Source: Naegleria gruberi
Lineage: Eukaryota
Length of the DNA stretch: 15,192 nt
Assembly: GCA_000004985.1 (NCBI GenBank)
Contig: GG738981.1
Reading direction: 5' to 3' (one strand)
The stretch's first letter is position 1. Every line of letters begins with the position of its first letter. Position numbers and translations under genes: made by a program. Under the pieces are notes generated by a model. The model saw only the letters and a program-made list of their open reading frames with translations. It did no database searches and was not told the DNA's origin. This document shows, piece after piece, positions 8,646 to 15,192 of this stretch.

Positions 8646-8985
8646 TAAATTTTATACTACTGATTTTAAACGCCAGTTATTTAATATTCATTTAGTAATA
8701 ACTGGATTTAAAATATTTTACTTTTTTAAGGATAATATTATTTTACCAAATTTGAAAGAAAGAACTTCTAATGAAACAAATGAAGTATTATTATTTGATG
8801 ATATTGGAATTCTACATGAAACTATTCAGAATTTTTTATCTTCGAAACAAAATTCTTTAAAAGAATTTGAAGACAAATATGGACTTGAATTATGTATTGT
8901 TGGACTTGGCCAAAGTATTGTGTTTAAAGAACTTGTTCCTCATGGAACCTTTAATTGGGGTCCTATTATAATAAGTTTTGGATAA
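8626..8985 (+). CDS. Second open frame (+1 relative to 8232 frame). Possible internal exon of the same gene; no ATG (the track's 'M' at 8752 is TTG).
   Basis: Frame is open from 8626 to the TAA at 8983-8985. It reads ...FKIFYFFKDNIILPNLKERTSNETNEVLLFDDIGILHETIQNFLSSKQNSLKEFEDKYGLELCIVGLGQSIVFKELVPHGTFNWGPIIISFG*. It overlaps the end of the first frame by 20 nt. A GTAATA(8596)...TTTAG(8695) intron of 100 nt would join the two frames in phase. Confidence 0.3.
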   Translation, partial: THRGLISKFYTTDFKRQLFNIHLVITGFKIFYFFKDNIILPNLKERTSNETNEVLLFDDIGILHETIQNFLSSKQNSLKEFEDKYGLELCIVGLGQSIVFKELVPHGTFNWGPIIISFG

Positions 8986-9231
8986 ACTTATTTTGGAAAT
9001 GAAATTGATTATAATACTCATTTTATTACTGAGACATTGGTTTATAATTTAGAAAATTCTTATAAATCTTTATTTGAGGAATACAATAATTGTCAGAATA
9101 GTAGAAAAATAGAAATAGAATTGGATTGTTGGAGAATCACTAGTAATTTAATTGGCTATTTAAAGAATGAAAAGATTAATAATTTTATCAAAAGATTATT
9201 ACAGAAAACAAGAAGAGGATGGAATTGTTAG
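8986..9231 (+). CDS. Third open frame, same frame as 8626-8985 and separated from it by a single TAA. Possible exon or decayed continuation; no ATG start (the track's 9037 start is TTG).
   Basis: TYFGNEIDYNTHFITETLVYNLENSYKSLFEEYNNCQNSRKIEIELDCWRITSNLIGYLKNEKINNFIKRLLQKTRRGWNC*. Protein-like composition, but splice signals that would remove the in-frame stop are weak (GTTTTG at 8975 ... TTTAG at 9048-9052). Confidence 0.2.
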   Translation, partial: TYFGNEIDYNTHFITETLVYNLENSYKSLFEEYNNCQNSRKIEIELDCWRITSNLIGYLKNEKINNFIKRLLQKTRRGWNC

Positions 9232-9377
9232 AAAACCAATTCGGTGAAATAGAGGCATTATTTATTGAAGTATCTTCCTATATCACTAAAAGACGAGAGA
9301 AACTAGAAATACAAGATAAAATAGAACACGCTGTTATCAAAGAAGAATTGAAAAAGCTTTTTGCAGAAGAAAACTAA
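9219..9377 (+). CDS. Small ATG-initiated ORF (52 aa) overlapping the end of the previous frame. Could be a terminal exon or an independent small ORF.
   Basis: ATG 9219; MELLENQFGEIEALFIEVSSYITKRREKLEIQDKIEHAVIKEELKKLFAEEN*; charged, helix-like composition. Below the 60-aa cutoff of the supplied track. Confidence 0.2.
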   Translation: MELLENQFGEIEALFIEVSSYITKRREKLEIQDKIEHAVIKEELKKLFAEEN

Positions 9378-9391
9378 ACTATTTTCATGAC

Positions 9392-9509
9392 TTTACATTT
9401 ATTTACATTTATTTACGTTTATTTACGTTTATTTATATCAAATAATTACAAATAGTAACGTCTTTTTAGGTTTATTTACGTTTATTGAAATATTAACGTT
9501 TATTTATAT
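9392..9509. repeat. Minisatellite. 4.6 tandem copies of TTTACRTTTA (9392-9437: 2x TTTACATTTA, 2x TTTACGTTTA, partial), plus degenerate dispersed copies (TTTATTTACGTTTATT 9471-9486; AACGTTTATTTATA 9496-9509).
   Basis: Directly seen; 10-bp period, with copies differing only at the A/G position. Confidence 0.8.
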
Positions 9510-9645
9510 ATATTACTATTTGTTGAATAAATTAACTGTATTTATTATTAATAAAACCTAGTTTAATGTTTAATCATAATGAAGCAAACATTTTGTATTA
9601 AATAATAATCATTTGATACATAATAATACATATCTTCCGGCATGG

Positions 9646-12600
9646 NNNNNNNNNNNNNNNNNNNNNNNNNNNNNNNNNNNNNNNNNNNNNNNNNNNNNNN
9701 NNNNNNNNNNNNNNNNNNNNNNNNNNNNNNNNNNNNNNNNNNNNNNNNNNNNNNNNNNNNNNNNNNNNNNNNNNNNNNNNNNNNNNNNNNNNNNNNNNNN
9801 NNNNNNNNNNNNNNNNNNNNNNNNNNNNNNNNNNNNNNNNNNNNNNNNNNNNNNNNNNNNNNNNNNNNNNNNNNNNNNNNNNNNNNNNNNNNNNNNNNNN
9901 NNNNNNNNNNNNNNNNNNNNNNNNNNNNNNNNNNNNNNNNNNNNNNNNNNNNNNNNNNNNNNNNNNNNNNNNNNNNNNNNNNNNNNNNNNNNNNNNNNNN
10001 NNNNNNNNNNNNNNNNNNNNNNNNNNNNNNNNNNNNNNNNNNNNNNNNNNNNNNNNNNNNNNNNNNNNNNNNNNNNNNNNNNNNNNNNNNNNNNNNNNNN
10101 NNNNNNNNNNNNNNNNNNNNNNNNNNNNNNNNNNNNNNNNNNNNNNNNNNNNNNNNNNNNNNNNNNNNNNNNNNNNNNNNNNNNNNNNNNNNNNNNNNNN
10201 NNNNNNNNNNNNNNNNNNNNNNNNNNNNNNNNNNNNNNNNNNNNNNNNNNNNNNNNNNNNNNNNNNNNNNNNNNNNNNNNNNNNNNNNNNNNNNNNNNNN
10301 NNNNNNNNNNNNNNNNNNNNNNNNNNNNNNNNNNNNNNNNNNNNNNNNNNNNNNNNNNNNNNNNNNNNNNNNNNNNNNNNNNNNNNNNNNNNNNNNNNNN
10401 NNNNNNNNNNNNNNNNNNNNNNNNNNNNNNNNNNNNNNNNNNNNNNNNNNNNNNNNNNNNNNNNNNNNNNNNNNNNNNNNNNNNNNNNNNNNNNNNNNNN
10501 NNNNNNNNNNNNNNNNNNNNNNNNNNNNNNNNNNNNNNNNNNNNNNNNNNNNNNNNNNNNNNNNNNNNNNNNNNNNNNNNNNNNNNNNNNNNNNNNNNNN
10601 NNNNNNNNNNNNNNNNNNNNNNNNNNNNNNNNNNNNNNNNNNNNNNNNNNNNNNNNNNNNNNNNNNNNNNNNNNNNNNNNNNNNNNNNNNNNNNNNNNNN
10701 NNNNNNNNNNNNNNNNNNNNNNNNNNNNNNNNNNNNNNNNNNNNNNNNNNNNNNNNNNNNNNNNNNNNNNNNNNNNNNNNNNNNNNNNNNNNNNNNNNNN
10801 NNNNNNNNNNNNNNNNNNNNNNNNNNNNNNNNNNNNNNNNNNNNNNNNNNNNNNNNNNNNNNNNNNNNNNNNNNNNNNNNNNNNNNNNNNNNNNNNNNNN
10901 NNNNNNNNNNNNNNNNNNNNNNNNNNNNNNNNNNNNNNNNNNNNNNNNNNNNNNNNNNNNNNNNNNNNNNNNNNNNNNNNNNNNNNNNNNNNNNNNNNNN
11001 NNNNNNNNNNNNNNNNNNNNNNNNNNNNNNNNNNNNNNNNNNNNNNNNNNNNNNNNNNNNNNNNNNNNNNNNNNNNNNNNNNNNNNNNNNNNNNNNNNNN
11101 NNNNNNNNNNNNNNNNNNNNNNNNNNNNNNNNNNNNNNNNNNNNNNNNNNNNNNNNNNNNNNNNNNNNNNNNNNNNNNNNNNNNNNNNNNNNNNNNNNNN
11201 NNNNNNNNNNNNNNNNNNNNNNNNNNNNNNNNNNNNNNNNNNNNNNNNNNNNNNNNNNNNNNNNNNNNNNNNNNNNNNNNNNNNNNNNNNNNNNNNNNNN
11301 NNNNNNNNNNNNNNNNNNNNNNNNNNNNNNNNNNNNNNNNNNNNNNNNNNNNNNNNNNNNNNNNNNNNNNNNNNNNNNNNNNNNNNNNNNNNNNNNNNNN
11401 NNNNNNNNNNNNNNNNNNNNNNNNNNNNNNNNNNNNNNNNNNNNNNNNNNNNNNNNNNNNNNNNNNNNNNNNNNNNNNNNNNNNNNNNNNNNNNNNNNNN
11501 NNNNNNNNNNNNNNNNNNNNNNNNNNNNNNNNNNNNNNNNNNNNNNNNNNNNNNNNNNNNNNNNNNNNNNNNNNNNNNNNNNNNNNNNNNNNNNNNNNNN
11601 NNNNNNNNNNNNNNNNNNNNNNNNNNNNNNNNNNNNNNNNNNNNNNNNNNNNNNNNNNNNNNNNNNNNNNNNNNNNNNNNNNNNNNNNNNNNNNNNNNNN
11701 NNNNNNNNNNNNNNNNNNNNNNNNNNNNNNNNNNNNNNNNNNNNNNNNNNNNNNNNNNNNNNNNNNNNNNNNNNNNNNNNNNNNNNNNNNNNNNNNNNNN
11801 NNNNNNNNNNNNNNNNNNNNNNNNNNNNNNNNNNNNNNNNNNNNNNNNNNNNNNNNNNNNNNNNNNNNNNNNNNNNNNNNNNNNNNNNNNNNNNNNNNNN
11901 NNNNNNNNNNNNNNNNNNNNNNNNNNNNNNNNNNNNNNNNNNNNNNNNNNNNNNNNNNNNNNNNNNNNNNNNNNNNNNNNNNNNNNNNNNNNNNNNNNNN
12001 NNNNNNNNNNNNNNNNNNNNNNNNNNNNNNNNNNNNNNNNNNNNNNNNNNNNNNNNNNNNNNNNNNNNNNNNNNNNNNNNNNNNNNNNNNNNNNNNNNNN
12101 NNNNNNNNNNNNNNNNNNNNNNNNNNNNNNNNNNNNNNNNNNNNNNNNNNNNNNNNNNNNNNNNNNNNNNNNNNNNNNNNNNNNNNNNNNNNNNNNNNNN
12201 NNNNNNNNNNNNNNNNNNNNNNNNNNNNNNNNNNNNNNNNNNNNNNNNNNNNNNNNNNNNNNNNNNNNNNNNNNNNNNNNNNNNNNNNNNNNNNNNNNNN
12301 NNNNNNNNNNNNNNNNNNNNNNNNNNNNNNNNNNNNNNNNNNNNNNNNNNNNNNNNNNNNNNNNNNNNNNNNNNNNNNNNNNNNNNNNNNNNNNNNNNNN
12401 NNNNNNNNNNNNNNNNNNNNNNNNNNNNNNNNNNNNNNNNNNNNNNNNNNNNNNNNNNNNNNNNNNNNNNNNNNNNNNNNNNNNNNNNNNNNNNNNNNNN
12501 NNNNNNNNNNNNNNNNNNNNNNNNNNNNNNNNNNNNNNNNNNNNNNNNNNNNNNNNNNNNNNNNNNNNNNNNNNNNNNNNNNNNNNNNNNNNNNNNNNNN

Positions 12601-12756
12601 NNNNNNNNNNNNNNNNNNNNNNNNNNNNNNNNNNNNNNNNNNNNNNNNNNNNNNNNNNNNNNNNNNNNNNNNNNNNNNNNNNNNNNNNNNNNNNNNNNNN
12701 NNNNNNNNNNNNNNNNNNNNNNNNNNNNNNNNNNNNNNNNNNNNNNNNNNNNNNNN
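9646..12756. other. Run of 3111 N (assembly gap or masked sequence); no information.
   Basis: Directly seen. ORF-track entries 9563..12772-, 9598..13176-, 9609..12851-, 9613..12792+ and 9642..12803+ are mostly X and are artefacts, except for the real N-terminal segment 12757-13176 on the minus strand. Confidence 0.99.
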
Positions 12757-13176
12757 CCATGTGCCAACCCAAGCAGATGTATAATCACCTGATGGATTAT
12801 TAGAACCAATTTGGACATCAACACTGAGAGATTGTGAATAGGTTGATCCACCAGAAGTATAGGTTGCTTTCAACATGCCAGAAGTAGCAGCTGAAACTGT
12901 GATGGAAACTGAGAAGGCAGCAACACCATTAGAGAATGAAGCAACCGTAGAGCCACCCAAAGTACCACTTCCTTCCCAACTCAAAACAACAGAACCAGAA
13001 GCTGCCATGGTGTTTCCACTAGAATCTAACATTTTGGCACTTGCAGAGAAAGTTTGGCCACTAGTAACAGTGTTTGGAACTGTCAAGCTCAAAAAAGCCA
13101 ATGTGGCAGCTTGGCAGGTGCCAACAAAAGCGAGCAATGCGAGTATGACAACAAGGAATTGTTTAGTATTGAACAT
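12757..13176 (-). CDS. Secreted protein with N-terminal signal peptide and bacterial-Ig-like (Big/invasin-like) domain; N-terminal 140 aa. ATG at 13176..13174 (minus); continues into the N run.
   Basis: ttcaaaaaaATG context. MFNTKQFLVVILALLAFVGTCQA|ATLAF... has the n/h/c regions of a signal peptide with an AxA-type cleavage site. The mature part TVTSGQTFSASAKMLDSSGNTMAASGSVVLSWEGSGTLGGSTVASFSNGVAAFSVSITVSAATSGMLKATYTSGGSTYSQSLSVDV follows the pattern of Big_1/invasin-type Ig-like domains (...TLTATVTDANGNPVAGQTVTFS...GVATVTLTSTTAGTATVTATY...). Codon usage is C/T-ending (ttc, acc, ggt, gct, tct), and GC (~44%) is a little above the neighbours. Confidence 0.75.
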
Positions 13177-13208
13177 TTTTTTGAATGATAATTAGAATTA
13201 GTTACATT

Positions 13209-13219
13209 CGTCAATGACG
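13209..13219. promoter_or_regulatory. CGTCA-A-TGACG palindrome (everted TGACG bZIP-type half-sites), 33-43 bp upstream of the secreted-protein ATG.
   Basis: Directly seen 5+1+5 palindrome. Any function as a binding site is inference only. Confidence 0.25.
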
Positions 13220-13495
13220 TTTCATACACGAAGGGAATTCAAAAGTTACAATGACAGGACCAATCAAGTGCTACCATTTGTGTATTTTACAATAGAAGAG
13301 GTAGAAAGGTATCCTCCTAGCCAGCTGAAGGTAGTCACCAGTTTTTAATTGTTTCGACCTAACGGTTTTGTTTGTTGTAATCATTTTCTGATGTTATGTT
13401 ATATCTATTCAAGTTAACCATAAACAATGAAGTTAACTAATTCTGAAGTAAACTTGATCATACGACTCATCGGCAAATATTCAATTTTTCATTAT

Positions 13496-13533
13496 TAAGG
13501 GAGGTTTTATTGTTGAGCCTTTCGCCTCCCTTA
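13496..13533. repeat. Stem-loop. 9-bp stem TAAGGGAGG (13496-13504) / CCTCCCTTA (13525-13533) with 20-nt loop TTTTATTGTTGAGCCTTTCG.
   Basis: Directly seen. The G/C-rich stem is unusual within an AT-biased spacer. Candidate small-RNA or regulatory hairpin; no family recognised. Confidence 0.35.
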
Positions 13534-13654
13534 TTGCTTAAATCTTTCCTTTTATGAATTGTAAACGGAGAGGATTAATAATATGGCAATAGATTGTGCT
13601 CATGGGTCTTCGTAAAAACAACCCTCCACTACAACTATTATCTAAACACTACCA

Positions 13655-13825
13655 ATGCAAATCAGTCAAATCAATCTCAGTGGGATACCTTTGCTTTTCT
13701 TGTCATTTGTTCTAAATTTGTTTGTTGTGTTCATTGTGTTTGACTACCTGTACATCATGCTCAACATGAACCTCTGCATCTTAGAGCGTTTCTTGATGAT
13801 TTACAAACAGAGTATGATAAATTAA
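13655..13825 (+). other. Small hydrophobic ORF (56 aa), ATG-initiated, inside the long divergent intergenic region. Possibly chance; possibly a small membrane peptide or uORF.
   Basis: MQISQINLSGIPLLFLSFVLNLFVVFIVFDYLYIMLNMNLCILERFLMIYKQSMIN*; one clear TM-like segment. ORF length is not statistically compelling at this base composition. Confidence 0.12.
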
Positions 13826-14336
13826 CTTTCTGTTGCCTTAATGGAAAATTAACAAGACTATCGATATATTGGCAAGTATTAATAGCACTACTCTCACTTC
13901 TCAAATCATAATACTTGGTACAAGACCCCAACCATGACCACTGTTTGGAATTCTTCCATCAAACAAAGAATTGGTGGTATATTAGTATTTACATGACAAG
14001 TTATAATTATGTTTTTGTAATAAGTACTGAACCACTTTTCCAGCCAATATCGTACACAAGTTTCACTTGACTTGTTTGGCAAGTGTACTAACCAAATGGA
14101 ATGACATGGATTGTTTCCTGTCAATTTATAGTCATCACACAATTCATCATTTCAACAACTAACAATGAAATAGAATACTTATTGGATGCCTTTCATTATT
14201 ACAACTGGTAGAATTTTGTAGTATCTATTGCATTCTGATGAATACTCAATATACTGCTACAATATTTTCATCATAACAATATCGGAATAAACCTGTCCTC
14301 TCTCCAACGAATATGTCACTAGTCATTTGAAAAAAA

Positions 14337-15192
14337 ATGACACAATCACCTTCATCAAATCAGGGTGGTAATGACAAGAGCAAAAACTTTCCCAGCCGTA
14401 TCAAAAGCTTTTTCATCAAGTCATCTTCTCCAACTAGTCCCAACAATTCCTTACAACCGAGAATTTCATCACCTAACTCTCCAAATCTTCCCAAAACTGC
14501 AAGTTCCAACACTCTTCCTATTCATATTCATAATAATAACAATAATATCGAGAACTCTCCATCATTCACCAGAAAGAGTAGTGCTAGCAATGAAATATCA
14601 TCAGTATTATCTTCCTCTCCACTTGTTAATTCCCCATCATTAAATTCATCGTCGAATATCAATAATATTCGGCATAGTAACAATCAATTTTTGATGGTTT
14701 CTCCATCATTGAATAATAATAATAATATTTCTCCACCTAATAATAATAATAATTCTAATAATTATTATTCAACAACGGGAACAACAACTTCAAACACTAC
14801 ATCATCTAACGAGGCAATTTCCCCAAATACCAATAATGGTGGTAGTGCTGCTGCTACTACTAGTGGAGGAGGACAACAACAAAACGACAACAACAACAAC
14901 AATATTCAGCAGCATCAACTCGAGCCAATTGTTTTTGATTCGCCAAACTCACCTCCAAATCACAGTAAAAACAACGGGTCGTTTTTGGCGGGAGAATTTG
15001 ATAAGAAAAAAAATCATCATGAGCCTACAGTTTCATCCTCATCCAATTATACGACCACTTCGACATCAAATTCTATCGGAAGTGGTGGAGGTGGTAGTAG
15101 AAGAATGGATAGTACAGTATCGGATATTGTTGTTGGAGGACATATTTTGTCAAGTTCAGTGATGAATAGTGATTTGATGCAATATGATTGAA
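14337..15192 (+). CDS. Low-complexity Ser/Asn/Pro/Thr-rich protein, N-terminal 285 aa. ATG 14337; runs off the 3' edge of the window.
   Basis: gaaaaaaaATG context. The frame is open to the window end: MTQSPSSNQGGNDKSKNFPSRIKSFFIKSSSPTSPNNSLQPRISSPNSPNLPKTASSNTLPIHIHNNNNNIENSPSF...SGGGQQQNDNNNNNIQQHQLEPIVFDSPNSPPNHSKNNGSFLAGEFDKKKNHHEPTV.... Repeated SP/NSP motifs and poly-Asn/poly-Thr tracts are encoded by AAT/ACA-type codons; no domain recognised in the visible part. The overlapping ORFs 14365..14643+ and 14836..15162+ are alternative-frame readings of the same low-complexity DNA. Confidence 0.6.

Noticed and set aside
9392-9509. Possibility that the 10-bp tandem repeats are a CRISPR array
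   Set aside because: The units are directly tandem, with no spacers, and only 10 bp long. The context is a eukaryotic AT-rich spacer. It is a minisatellite, not CRISPR.
9563-13176. Long ORFs (1053-1192 aa, both strands) spanning the second N run
   Set aside because: Same artefact. The only real coding part is 12757-13176 on the minus strand. The readable tails at 9563-9645 translate to nonsense such as MPEDMYYYVSNDYYLIQNVCFIMIKH from an AT-rich 3' flank.
12757-13176. Calling the secreted-protein gene a horizontally transferred or contaminant bacterial gene on GC grounds
   Set aside because: Its GC (~44%) is only slightly above other coding regions in the window (38-42%). It has a eukaryotic A-rich ATG context and signal peptide, and its codon bias fits a highly expressed host gene. 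Domain-level bacterial ancestry remains possible, but composition alone does not support recent HGT.
12875-13195. Plus-strand ORF of 106 aa opposite the secreted-protein gene
   Set aside because: It is a shadow ORF on the antisense strand of a GC-richer, stop-poor coding region. The minus-strand frame has the ATG context, signal peptide and domain pattern.
13177-14336. tRNA or dictyostelid class-I ncRNA gene in the long spacer
   Set aside because: I searched by eye for a tRNA B-box (GGTTCGANTCC or its complement), for class-I RNA ends (GTT...CCTTACAGCAA) and for a DUSE-like CCCAYAA upstream element. None is present. The stem-loop at 13496-13533 is therefore left unclassified rather than called as an RNA gene.
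1-15192. Prokaryotic / operon-style interpretation (defence island, toxin-antitoxin, phage region)
   Set aside because: Start contexts (AAAATG), the TATA box, AATAAA signals, poly-Asn/Thr coding tracts, a eukaryotic signal peptide and eukaryote-specific families (ARM repeats, OSBP, RWP-RK, OTU) indicate a eukaryotic nuclear locus. No Shine-Dalgarno-linked gene arrays, integrase or transposase genes, or att-like repeats are visible in the readable sequence.

Overview
This 15.2 kb window is eukaryotic, AT-biased and gene-dense. The AAAATG start contexts, AAT/ACA-encoded poly-Asn/poly-Thr tracts, short AT-rich spacers and standard stop codons look like a dictyostelid-type amoebozoan. Coding GC is about 38-45%, which is less extreme than D. 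discoideum, so I do not assign a species. Two runs of N (1459-5728, 4270 nt; 9646-12756, 3111 nt) hide about 49% of the window. Every long ORF in the supplied track that crosses them is an artefact. The track also reports TTG/GTG codons as 'M' (for example 6824, 8752, 9037, 352 and 6423), so I re-derived starts by hand. I can support seven genes or gene fragments from the readable sequence. (1) Minus 1-280 is the N-terminus of an OTU-like cysteine protease (DGNCLY Cys box). (2) Minus 372-1458 is the C-terminal armadillo-repeat region of a protein whose N-terminus lies in gap 1. (3) Minus 5729-6420 is the N-terminal ~230 aa of a short Osh4/Kes1-like oxysterol-binding protein (KPYNPILGEEF...W block), running into gap 1. 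(4) Plus 6962-8074 is a complete 370-aa RWP-RK-domain protein, a putative transcription factor. (5) Plus 8232-9377 is a poorly resolved locus of four consecutive open frames, possibly one multi-exon gene or a decayed gene. (6) Minus 12757-13176 is the N-terminus of a secreted protein with a clear signal peptide and a bacterial-Ig-like (Big/invasin-like) domain, running into gap 2. (7) Plus 14337 to the window end is the N-terminus of a low-complexity S/N/P/T-rich protein. Non-coding observations include a perfect 20-bp stem hairpin carrying tandem AATAAA motifs immediately before the ATG at 8232. There is also a (TTTACRTTTA)n minisatellite at 9392-9509 and a 14-bp GC-cored palindrome plus E-box upstream of the OSBP gene. 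The 1.16 kb divergent intergenic region 13177-14336 is unusually complex and contains a stem-loop and a small hydrophobic ORF. I see no rRNA, tRNA, CRISPR, recognisable transposon or operon-like 'system' in the readable half of the window. Anything of that kind would have to be inside the N runs, which I cannot assess.
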